From IMG/VR virus record IMGVR_UViG_3300043690_000026, positions 1 to 54,439 of that record: DNA of 54,439 nt; one strand, 5' to 3'. Shown here piece by piece: positions 25,799-33,759 of this stretch. The first letter of the stretch is position 1; every line of letters begins with the position of its first letter. Below the pieces are notes generated by a model, which did no database searches, was not told the DNA's origin, and saw only the letters and a program-made list of their open reading frames with translations. The translations under genes were made by a program, and so were the position numbers. This stretch comes from a virus (Duplodnaviria; Caudoviricetes).

Positions 25799-26356
25799 TT
25801 ATTGGCGCATGCCCGCGACCTCCTCGAGCGCGAGTGCCTCGGCATCCCACTCTTCCTGCCATCCGGCCAGCCACGCGCAGAGCATGTATCGGTAATCCAT
25901 GCCGTAAGAGGGGAGCAGCAATTCGACCGGCCCGAGATTCCGCGACTTCCAGACGATCAATTTCTTGGGCGAGGATTTCTTGCGGCTCGAAAGTTTGCGG
26001 ATCTCGCCCGGAAGTCCGGGATCTCCATTCAGCAGAGTGCGCCCGAAAACTTCCACATACTCCTCGGCGGTGCGCCCATCATCGCGGCCATCCCGCCCTG
26101 GCCTGAACGGGTGAGCGAACTGGTAGCCCTTGGGCAGGATCTCGATCACGAGCCCGAAGGGATACAACCAAAAGTGCTCTGTATCGCTGGCGGGCACATA
26201 ATCCTTCGGAAGCTCCGCCCGCCCGACGCGCCGCTTCGCTTTGCGCCAGACTTTGAGAAGCTCCCTGTCACTCGCTTGTTGCGCTCTTAGATCGATTACG
26301 AACTCTAAATTCGGCTTTACTAGCTTTGCCTTTACAGGCTGTCTCTGTGATTGCAT
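25799..26356 (-). CDS. Hypothetical protein, stand-alone (moron-like) cassette
   Basis: AT-rich upstream region with TTGACA and TATAGT; own terminator. Confidence 0.7.
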   Translation of the reverse strand: MQSQRQPVKAKLVKPNLEFVIDLRAQQASDRELLKVWRKAKRRVGRAELPKDYVPASDTEHFWLYPFGLVIEILPKGYQFAHPFRPGRDGRDDGRTAEEYVEVFGRTLLNGDPGLPGEIRKLSSRKKSSPKKLIVWKSRNLGPVELLLPSYGMDYRYMLCAWLAGWQEEWDAEALALEEVAGMRQ

Positions 26357-26417
26357 ATACCTTTACTATATCTTATTGTCAATCCGCGCCGCTCGTCGCT
26401 TTCGGTAGAATCCGGAT

Positions 26418-26576
26418 AAGGCTGGAGGCCGGGTCGGGAACTGCCGCTACTGTCGAACGTGTGACTTAGGTTCGTAAAACATTTCCCTGCGGCAGATGTG
26501 CGATGGGCTTCCGGCTGACTATGAAGCTGTCATTTCGACCGGGCCTTGCGCCTACCCGCGCGAGGCCTTTTTTTTT
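26418..26576 (+). ncRNA. Candidate structured small RNA ending in an intrinsic terminator
   Basis: Nested stems, TAGAAT upstream, hairpin 26542-26567 plus T9; no credible + strand ORF. Confidence 0.4.
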
Positions 26577-26896
26577 GAAACCTCGTTATTCCATTCAGCA
26601 GCAAACTGCGCAACCTGCTCGGGCGTCGGATCGGGTACGTCGAAGCCCAGTTTCTTCCCGCGCGCGATCAGCGCAATCTCCGCGTCCGATGCGCCCGCTA
26701 CGAACTGGTAACCAGCGGCGTGACAGGTCGCGATGAACTTCACCGGCAGGGGCCGCGCGTCGATCTCGAGCCGCTTGAGCACTTCGATCAGGAAGCGCGT
26801 TGTCTCGACGCAAGCGGAAGCGGCGAAGGCCGCAAGGATGCGCGGGCTCCAGGCCACAAAGCGTTCGAGTGCGAGGTCGGCAGTCATTCGAGCCAC
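26552..26896 (-). CDS. Hypothetical protein
   Basis: Overlaps upstream gene; last gene of the operon. Confidence 0.5.
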   Translation of the reverse strand: MARMTADLALERFVAWSPRILAAFAASACVETTRFLIEVLKRLEIDARPLPVKFIATCHAAGYQFVAGASDAEIALIARGKKLGFDVPDPTPEQVAQFAAEWNNEVSKKKASRG

Positions 26897-27489
26897 CCCG
26901 CCATACGGCCATCATGGACGCGACCCTCATGTTCGTCGCATTCCTCGAGTTGAATGCCACCGGCCGGCAGCCGCCGGTAGGCCTGCCGGATCATGAACTC
27001 GGGCTGGCCTTTGACCTGGACGACAATCATGATCGCCTCGCGCTTGACCACCAGGCCCGCAGCTTCCATCTGCTCAACGTCCAGCTTGACGCCCAGCATC
27101 TGCTCAATCGCGCGCCGCTTCGCTTCGCCGGCGTTGGTGGTGGCCGCGAAGAAGACGTCGGACAGGAACACTGTCGCATATGCGTTTGCTTTACGGCAGC
27201 GTTCGCGGATCATATCGACAACTTCGTCCTTTTGGCTACGGTCGTTCATCATGTTGCCGTCGATGCAAATGACGTCCACCGCCGACTCGCTGAGGATCGC
27301 CACCATGGGGTGGAAGTTGCCATGCCTCTTGAGGTCGGCCTTGGCCTGCTCGAGCCACTTGTGCGCAATGGTTTCAACTTCCGGTGTCATTCGGACCTCC
27401 CCCTCTCGTGCGTCGGCGGCAACGATGTCCTCGCGCCCGTCGATGTGTGGCTTGATTCGCATCTGCAGTTGACAACGCTCATCTGCCAC
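26884..27489 (-). CDS. Hypothetical protein (start possibly MTPEVE at 27390)
   Basis: Protein-like ORF; GGAGG before internal ATG. Confidence 0.65.
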   Translation of the reverse strand: MADERCQLQMRIKPHIDGREDIVAADAREGEVRMTPEVETIAHKWLEQAKADLKRHGNFHPMVAILSESAVDVICIDGNMMNDRSQKDEVVDMIRERCRKANAYATVFLSDVFFAATTNAGEAKRRAIEQMLGVKLDVEQMEAAGLVVKREAIMIVVQVKGQPEFMIRQAYRRLPAGGIQLEECDEHEGRVHDGRMAGWLE

Positions 27490-27748
27490 AGTGGTGCTCC
27501 TCGGGATTCTTCACCCTGGCGCCGCAATGACCGCAGACGTACTCGGTCTCATCGTGAACGTGAAATGTCGCGCCCGTCTCCCCTGCGAGTCTAGCCACGT
27601 CCCCACGGATCATCTGCCGGTTGTGTTCATTAGCCGGGTAGCCGCTGGCCTCCAGCAACTCCTCCTCGTCGATGTGCAGCCCGCCCCGATCGTCGGCGTA
27701 CAGCCCCGGCCTGATCCGTTGTAGCCCGCGCTTCCAGTCTTTGTCCAT
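27479..27748 (-). CDS. Hypothetical protein with C-terminal CxxC
   Basis: Start MDKDWK with GAGGTG RBS. Confidence 0.55.
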   Translation of the reverse strand: MDKDWKRGLQRIRPGLYADDRGGLHIDEEELLEASGYPANEHNRQMIRGDVARLAGETGATFHVHDETEYVCGHCGARVKNPEEHHCGR

Positions 27749-27750
27749 AC

Positions 27751-28116
27751 TCACCTCTCCTTCGTCGCGTTCCAGGCGTCTTCGTCCTGGTGCAGTATCT
27801 CGACCGGGCGCATTGCGCCTTTGTCTGTGAGCCTGGTCCGGACCAGATAGAACGTGTACCGCTGCCAGCTGCCGGAATTGTGCACCCGCATCGGCACCGT
27901 GAAGTCGCGATTGTCCGCCGAATGCACCGCTTGGCATTCGAACCCCTCGGATCCGAACTCGGCCGGCAGGTGCAGATCCTTGCGGATCGCGATCTCGGCG
28001 GCGGCGCAGGCCTGCGAACTAACGCCCATGTCCGGATCGCGCGCGATCTCCTCAGCAGTTTTCAGATGACAGCCCGCCAGCAGTGCGGCTGCGATTGGAA
28101 TGAATAGAAGTCTCAT
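27751..28116 (-). CDS. Lipoprotein
   Basis: MRLLFIPIAAALLAGC lipobox. Confidence 0.75.
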   Translation of the reverse strand: MRLLFIPIAAALLAGCHLKTAEEIARDPDMGVSSQACAAAEIAIRKDLHLPAEFGSEGFECQAVHSADNRDFTVPMRVHNSGSWQRYTFYLVRTRLTDKGAMRPVEILHQDEDAWNATKER

Positions 28117-28210
28117 TGTGATTGCTCTCGGAATATATCCATCATAAAAAATCGGGCCGAGGAAAATTGAGGAACCCCGGCCCGTTGCAAGTACAGAGCC
28201 TTTCCAAATC

Positions 28211-28405
28211 CTACTTCGCCAGCGCCACCACGAAGTACCCGGGCAGGCGCGGCGTCTCGTACTGCCAGCTGGTGACCGTGTACGCAACGCCCTTGTGCGA
28301 AAAGGTGTGGCCCACCGGCAATCGGCCGCGCACGGTCACAAATTCGAGCAGCGGCTCGTGAGCAGCCTGCTTACTCAGCGATTCGACGTATTCGCGGGCG
28401 GTCAT
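28211..28405 (-). CDS. Hypothetical protein
   Basis: ATGA-coupled chain. Confidence 0.6.
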   Translation of the reverse strand: MTAREYVESLSKQAAHEPLLEFVTVRGRLPVGHTFSHKGVAYTVTSWQYETPRLPGYFVVALAK

Positions 28406-28620
28406 GCCTTGGCCACCTCGATCCCCTGATCGGCCAGCAGCGACACGAGGTCATCAAAGCCCGGGTCGCCGGGCATGACCCGCACAGCTTCGCCATCCGC
28501 GCAATGCAGGCGCAGTTCTGTCACCAGATCGGTATTGCCCGAAGAGAAGAACTGAATCCGGCAAACCTGTGCCATGTTCACCGCGGCGAGTTCGGTGTTA
28601 ATCCAGCCGTTCATTTTCAT
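28402..28620 (-). CDS. Hypothetical protein
   Basis: ATGA-coupled chain. Confidence 0.6.
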   Translation of the reverse strand: MKMNGWINTELAAVNMAQVCRIQFFSSGNTDLVTELRLHCADGEAVRVMPGDPGFDDLVSLLADQGIEVAKA

Positions 28621-28814
28621 CCTCCGATCTCAGTGACATCGTGAATAAACTTCTCGCCTTCCTCGCGCGTCTTCACCGGAACAAGCATCCCGTGGCCCAC
28701 CGCGTACAGGCCGTCAGCGCGGCTCTCGATGCGGTACGGCCCGCTGGTGTCGAACTCCACTCCATCGTTGAAGGTAATCTTCATTGCGCCGCCCTCGTGT
28801 CTAATCTCCGCCAT
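28617..28814 (-). CDS. Hypothetical protein
   Basis: Coupled chain. Confidence 0.6.
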   Translation of the reverse strand: MAEIRHEGGAMKITFNDGVEFDTSGPYRIESRADGLYAVGHGMLVPVKTREEGEKFIHDVTEIGG

Positions 28815-29146
28815 CAGTACTCCTCCGCCAGCATGATGGTCAGCACGCGCGTGGTTTGCGCCGGATCTTCCGGGTGCTCACTGCCCATCTCGCATTTCTT
28901 GTCGTAGTAGTCGATTTTCCAGAAAATGCGGTGGCCGCAATGTTCGAAGCTCCCGAAGTCGTGTTCCCCGTACGGGTCATCGCCTGGCGTGAAATTGTCG
29001 AACAATTCCACCTTTTCGCGGATCTTCGACTGCTCGGCGGGATCGAAGGCACAGATCCCCGGCGTCTGTATCAGCTTGCCCGCAACGCCCATCGCGGTAC
29101 GGGCCAAATCGTTTAATTGGGCTATGCGCCCGCTGTGATTGCTCAT
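28814..29146 (-). CDS. DUF3768-family protein
   Basis: IAQLND, DPYGEHDFG, IFWKIDYYD, RVLTIMLAEEY signature. Confidence 0.9.
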   Translation of the reverse strand: MSNHSGRIAQLNDLARTAMGVAGKLIQTPGICAFDPAEQSKIREKVELFDNFTPGDDPYGEHDFGSFEHCGHRIFWKIDYYDKKCEMGSEHPEDPAQTTRVLTIMLAEEY

Positions 29147-29194
29147 ATTTATATTTTAATATTGGCAATCCCAGGACTGCTCGTTCTGATCGCT

Positions 29195-29335
29195 TCAGGG
29201 CTTCTTCGCGTCGATCAGCTTCAGTAACTCCCGCCGGTCGTGATGCTCCTGCCAGCCCAGCCACAGGTCCGCGAGTACCAGGGCAAGCCAGAGGGCGATC
29301 ATAAAGACCGTCTTGCCGCGCGGTGGCTCGATCAT
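29195..29335 (-). CDS. 46-aa single-TM peptide
   Basis: ATGA-coupled to mom-like stop; MIEPPRGKTVFMIALWLALVLADLWLGW... Confidence 0.5.
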   Translation of the reverse strand: MIEPPRGKTVFMIALWLALVLADLWLGWQEHHDRRELLKLIDAKKP

Positions 29336-30120
29336 GCGTTCTCCAATCGGGGCTGGAGCGTCGGGGTCGGAATCGAACCGCCCTCTTCGGCGTGGACCGC
29401 CGATGTTTCAGCCTGAATACTACCGACGCGCTTGCCGCGAACCATCCGCGCGCCCATCTCACCGATCGCCGAGTAAGGGATGATCGGCACCGTGAGCCGG
29501 CTGCGTGCGGCTGGGTTCAGAAAGTATATATACCGCAACTGAAAACCGTCGAGCGGTTTGAAGCCCGCCCGCTTGTAATGGTCCATGTCGGCGCCACCGT
29601 GATATTCCGTGCGCCGCGCAATCTCGTTGACCTTCCTCATGCTCGTGCGCTCTCCGACGTTCGAGATCACGGTCCCATCCGGCCCAATCCACAGCGTCGT
29701 GTTGCGCTTGATCCGCGTCAGCACGAAGCCCGCCGCGCGATAGATCGTGCCGTCGCCGCATTGCGTGGCATCCGCGAAAGAGACGATCCATTCGACCTGC
29801 GGATACTCGCGCCGCATCAGCCGCATGGCCACGCCGAGAGCGCGACTCTCGGAATTGCGCGGCAGGTTGTCGGAGAAGGCCAGCCGGTTCAATTCGAGGA
29901 ACCCGTACCAGCTGGTGCCCTCGACCAGGCCGAGGAGCTTGCGGCGGTCGAGCGAGGGGCCGAACTGCATCGCTCCCTCGAGCCGCCCCGTATTCGAGAA
30001 AACTCCCAGATGAAGTTGGGAGTTCGCGACGACCTTATGAGAGTAATGCAGCCTTCGGACAAGGGCGTTTGCATCCTGGCTCGAGATGGGTGCGACCCGG
30101 ATATCCTTTGCCCCGCTCAA
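29332..30120 (-). CDS. mom: Mom-like GNAT-fold DNA adenine modification enzyme (probable TTG start at 30120)
   Basis: HYSHK, LELNRLAF, NSESRAL, SFADATQCGDGTIYRAAGF, QLRYIYFL motifs; GGAG RBS and TTGA overlap with upstream stop. Confidence 0.8.
   Translation of the reverse strand: MSGAKDIRVAPISSQDANALVRRLHYSHKVVANSQLHLGVFSNTGRLEGAMQFGPSLDRRKLLGLVEGTSWYGFLELNRLAFSDNLPRNSESRALGVAMRLMRREYPQVEWIVSFADATQCGDGTIYRAAGFVLTRIKRNTTLWIGPDGTVISNVGERTSMRKVNEIARRTEYHGGADMDHYKRAGFKPLDGFQLRYIYFLNPAARSRLTVPIIPYSAIGEMGARMVRGKRVGSIQAETSAVHAEEGGSIPTPTLQPRLENA
29354..29429 (-). tRNA. tRNA-Gly(TCC)-like element embedded in mom-like CDS (non-canonical)
   Basis: 76 nt: acceptor GCGTCGG/CCGACGC, T73, CCA, anticodon stem TCGGC/GCCGA with TCC, GGTTCGATTCC T-arm. 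Confidence 0.75.
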
Positions 30121-31055
30121 AATAAGCTCCCTTCGGCTGGATCGTTGAACTTCCTGGAGGTTGGAACAGTCCTTCTCGTTGCAGCTGCTTTCAATTCTGC
30201 AATGCGTCGCGCTCGGACCTCTGGGTCTTTCCACTGGGCTCTTGCATCCTGAGACCGTTTGGCCCTCACTTCCGGCGTGCGACTCCACCCCAGGCTTGCA
30301 GATATCTTTGCCCTATAGCTTGGATCTTGCCAGTTTGCCGTTGCTGCACTGGAAAGTTTGGCCCTAACCTCAGGGCGGGCGCTTGCGTCCCTTATCGCCG
30401 CCGTAACCCGCGCTTTGTATTCTGGGTCCGCCCATCGCGCCGCCATGTTCGCCGCCGCCCGCTGCCTTACCTTCGGGTTTGCCCTTGCAGCTTTTAGCGC
30501 CGCAGATCGTTTTGCGATCATGGCGGGGTTTCGCACTTTTCGCGCTGGTGAAATCGGCCGCGATGCTTCCCAATAAGCCGGACTCTCTGCGGCTTTAACG
30601 AAATAATCGCTCCACGCCTCCGACGATAATTGCCATCGCCCTTCTTTTGGTACACGGGTTTGCAACCCCAATTGCTCTTGAAACAGCCACCGCGCCAACG
30701 CCTCAAACTCTTGAAGCGCCCCTGGATCACTTCTAGCTAGCTCTGGCCAGGCGAAGATTTCTTCAGCGACGGACCGGTCCTCCAGCGCAAGTTGAAGATG
30801 CTTCTCAACGGCCGCCGCCAACGCTGGCGTAGCGAATTTTAAGAGTGGCCCCAAGAGCCACACTTCATTGGGACACTGGGCGGCGTGTCTGTGTAACCGC
30901 TCGTATGGATCTTTAGTCGATCCGATTTTCACTAAGTCTCCCGGCCATCTCAATAAATAGATGTAGCCGAATGGTGCGAATCGTCCCTTAGCTTCAACTG
31001 AATGCTCGGTGAACATGGAGATAGGAGCCACGCGGATGTCTTTAGCGGTCGCCAC
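30117..31055 (-). CDS. GIY-YIG/T5orf172-type putative homing endonuclease with NUMOD3-like C-terminal repeats
   Basis: GYIYLL...VKIGSTKDPYERL; repeated W(A/Q/K)DP(E/S)(Y/V)(K/R)A. Confidence 0.75.
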   Translation of the reverse strand: MATAKDIRVAPISMFTEHSVEAKGRFAPFGYIYLLRWPGDLVKIGSTKDPYERLHRHAAQCPNEVWLLGPLLKFATPALAAAVEKHLQLALEDRSVAEEIFAWPELARSDPGALQEFEALARWLFQEQLGLQTRVPKEGRWQLSSEAWSDYFVKAAESPAYWEASRPISPARKVRNPAMIAKRSAALKAARANPKVRQRAAANMAARWADPEYKARVTAAIRDASARPEVRAKLSSAATANWQDPSYRAKISASLGWSRTPEVRAKRSQDARAQWKDPEVRARRIAELKAAATRRTVPTSRKFNDPAEGSLF

Positions 31056-31329
31056 AGCCCTCCCAGGGAACGCCCAGCAGCTGCGCTCCGAGAGCGGTGA
31101 GCGGCTGGCCGTCTTTCACATGCACGATCCACTCGGGCCGCTGCTTCTTTGCGCGCCGGACCCACTTGCGTTTGCCCGGGCCGTCGGCGGGCAGGCGCGC
31201 GAAGCCGTTCGACCGGAGCCAGCTGCGATGTACGGCCGTCGCCGTCGGCCCAAGAACCGACTTCAAATATTCCAGATGCATCCCCGCGATCCGCGCCTCA
31301 TGCCGGTGGTACTGCTTTCTGTCACTCAT
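31042..31329 (-). CDS. Basic hypothetical protein
   Basis: Start MSDRKQ overlapping upstream stop. Confidence 0.5.
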   Translation of the reverse strand: MSDRKQYHRHEARIAGMHLEYLKSVLGPTATAVHRSWLRSNGFARLPADGPGKRKWVRRAKKQRPEWIVHVKDGQPLTALGAQLLGVPWEGCGDR

Positions 31330-33529
31330 AGCGGCCCATCCCCCGCGCGACGGCCGCCGGCGCATTGTTGCTCGGGTCTGCCAGCGATTTGACCACCGTG
31401 GGCGAGCTGCGGTAATGCGCGTAATCGCAGCCGATCTCATAGGTTTGCGAGTACTGCTTCCCAGCCCATAGCGCTTCGTCCAGGTGATGCTCGAACATCA
31501 GATCGCCCCGCTGCCGATAAAGGTCGTTGCCCGTCAGGTTATACAGCCACGCCCACGCAGGGCAGAAAAGATTATTCAGACCGGAGTGATAAGTTCCGAT
31601 CCCGTTGGCTTTCGGAAGGCCGGGCCACAAAGTCGAGTAAATCAGGTTGTACACCGACCAGCCATAAACGGATGAGCCGCCCAACATAGCGCTCGGATCG
31701 TCGATCGCGGCCCAGGTCCACAGGTAATCCTGATACCAGGCCACAAACGCAGGTATCCAGGTTTTCGTGGGATCGTATTCGTAGCACATCATCAGTGCAT
31801 CAAGGCTGATCCCGTCGAAGAAGGGCTGATCGAAAATTCCTCCTTGAACGAGCTGCGCGAGATGGCCCGCCACTATACTCGCGCCGTGATCGAGATACCA
31901 ATGACGGACTCCGCTCACGTAGGAGTCCATCACCATCGCGGTGAGCATCAGGGCGGATTCTCTTTGATAATTGACCAAAGGACTCGGGTACACGTTCGCG
32001 AGAGAGTTCGCCTGCGTTTGCGCCGCGTTGACCATCAGCGCGAGGGCATCCCTGCAAGCTGCAGTCCCGTATCGCCACCAGTTCATCGCAAGCCCCGGCC
32101 CGAAGGTGCGCCAGCCCGGAATCGTGCCGTTGTTGAAAATGTAGTTGGCGTATTGGCCCGCGATGTTCTGCGATTGCAAATACCAGTTCGGATTCCCGTC
32201 ATCGAGCTGATCGCCGATCTGCAGCATCACGCGGCAGCCGTCATAAAACCAGACTTGAGACTCGACTCCGAATCCGAAGATTTGATCGGTCGGCTGATTG
32301 TATTTCGCGCCCTCCGTTGCCGCCGTACTCCAGAACTTATCGATCCCCGGAATCGCGGGAGTCGGAATGGTCGCGGGCCTCGTGATCGCCGGGATAGCGT
32401 TCACCGTGAATGCCCAAACTAAATTCCTGGTCACAGTACCGTTGTAGGAATGCAGAGGAGCGGTGACCGTATACGTTCCAGCCGGGCACGATGAATCGAT
32501 GGTCAGCCGGAGAAACGGTTGACCATTTCCCGGTATTGGAGTGATGGCGTAATAGAGCCAGTGTTTCGTTCCATCAAAATGCGGGTCCGCCCTTCCCTGC
32601 AACCAGTGCGGCGTGATATGAGCCGTTGCGGGCGAGATAATCACTTCGGAATCTTCCGCGTTCGCCCAGGTGTTGCCGCTTCCCGCGAATCCGGTTTTCG
32701 GATGCCCGGTCGCGATAATGTATAGCTCCATGCCGGGGTATGCGTGTTGCGACCCGGCTGCTCTTTCCTCCCAATCTTGCGGTCCGGTCGTCACAATAGC
32801 CGCGGATTTGAAAGCGTACCAGTTGTTGCTCTGGTAGGGCGGGTATTGATACGGATCGCCGTTGCCGCTCGCGTCTGCGAGCATCACCGCGAACCGATAA
32901 GTCGTCGAGGCCGAGAGCTTTACTGTCACCGATCTCGATGTGCGAGGGGTGTAATCGTTATCGGTCCAGATCGCCCAAGGCTGCGAGAAGGAGTTGTCTA
33001 CCTGCATGAGCACCGAGACGCAGGGCTGCTCCGTTGTCCAGGCGATCACGGCCTCGTAACTCAAAGACGCCACCACGCTCGGGACAGCGGTAAATCCGAG
33101 CGGCTCTAGCGCCTGCCCGTCGACCGTAATGGAGATTAGAAGCGGGTCGCCGGCCGCCGGGGGCTCTGGAGGCTCCGGAGAGGCCGTTTCCCTGGTTACT
33201 TCGCTCTGGACCACCACTACGCCGGCGATCAGCGTCGTGATGGTGCCATCGGGGGCTGTCACTTGCAGATCCCAGCGCATCCCTTTGCCCGCGAGGGTCT
33301 GAGTCTGCACATGCGGGATGGACAGAGTGATGTTCGGCGATTCGACCGTGGCCCCGATTTCGACTATCACGGTCGGGGCCTGGTCGGCGTAATCCTGCCG
33401 GATCTGCGCCTGCGCCGTGTACCCGGCCAGAATTTCTACGGGCGGGACGCTGGGGTCGGAGCTGGTCACCGTAACCTGCGCTGAGTAGTCGTCTCCCTGG
33501 TAGAGATGGAGGTCTGCTTTGCTAGCCAT
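31322..33529 (-). CDS. Large virion-type protein: BppU-like N-terminus, FN3/Ig-like middle, aromatic-rich putative catalytic C-terminus
   Basis: N-terminus MASKADLHLYQGDDY is paralogous to 50696..51088. Confidence 0.7.
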   Translation of the reverse strand: MASKADLHLYQGDDYSAQVTVTSSDPSVPPVEILAGYTAQAQIRQDYADQAPTVIVEIGATVESPNITLSIPHVQTQTLAGKGMRWDLQVTAPDGTITTLIAGVVVVQSEVTRETASPEPPEPPAAGDPLLISITVDGQALEPLGFTAVPSVVASLSYEAVIAWTTEQPCVSVLMQVDNSFSQPWAIWTDNDYTPRTSRSVTVKLSASTTYRFAVMLADASGNGDPYQYPPYQSNNWYAFKSAAIVTTGPQDWEERAAGSQHAYPGMELYIIATGHPKTGFAGSGNTWANAEDSEVIISPATAHITPHWLQGRADPHFDGTKHWLYYAITPIPGNGQPFLRLTIDSSCPAGTYTVTAPLHSYNGTVTRNLVWAFTVNAIPAITRPATIPTPAIPGIDKFWSTAATEGAKYNQPTDQIFGFGVESQVWFYDGCRVMLQIGDQLDDGNPNWYLQSQNIAGQYANYIFNNGTIPGWRTFGPGLAMNWWRYGTAACRDALALMVNAAQTQANSLANVYPSPLVNYQRESALMLTAMVMDSYVSGVRHWYLDHGASIVAGHLAQLVQGGIFDQPFFDGISLDALMMCYEYDPTKTWIPAFVAWYQDYLWTWAAIDDPSAMLGGSSVYGWSVYNLIYSTLWPGLPKANGIGTYHSGLNNLFCPAWAWLYNLTGNDLYRQRGDLMFEHHLDEALWAGKQYSQTYEIGCDYAHYRSSPTVVKSLADPSNNAPAAVARGMGRYE

Positions 33530-33567
33530 AAATTCATTTAGCCGTACTTCACCGAGCATTCGACGCC

Positions 33568-33759
33568 TCATTCGGCGATTTCGTAATATGCGACATCTAA
33601 GTCCTCCCTGACAAACTCTAGATCGAACCGCTGGACCGGCTTGCGCCAGCACGGGCGCAGGCTGATTACGACTCGGGCCGGCGGTCCCAGCTTCCCGTCG
33701 GGCCGCATCTCGGGCTCCACCTCGAAACGTGCGCCCACATCGAAAATCTCAGCCGTCAT
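33568..33759 (-). CDS. Hypothetical protein (63 aa)
   Basis: ATG overlaps 3' end of ParB-like gene. Confidence 0.45.
   Translation of the reverse strand: MTAEIFDVGARFEVEPEMRPDGKLGPPARVVISLRPCWRKPVQRFDLEFVREDLDVAYYEIAE

Noticed and set aside
26459-26469. ncRNA loop TGACTTA complementary to TAAGTCA in the 31-bp repeats (guide-like targeting)
   Set aside because: A 7-nt match is expected by chance in 54 kb and no associated RNA-guided enzyme is evident
29354-29429. tRNA-like sequence as an attP core or an ordinary translational tRNA
   Set aside because: The whole cloverleaf is present rather than a 3' fragment, no tyrosine integrase is encoded, and G33 with the irregular T-stem argues against normal decoding
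30121-30288. N-terminal extension of the 318-aa mom ORF in the track
   Set aside because: Overlaps the endonuclease CDS; the TTG at 30120 with GGAG RBS fits better
30117-31055. Group I intron or intein in mom
   Set aside because: The ORF has its own stop, mom has a duplicated N-terminus with RBS, there is no non-coding space for a ribozyme core, and no intein C1/HN motifs
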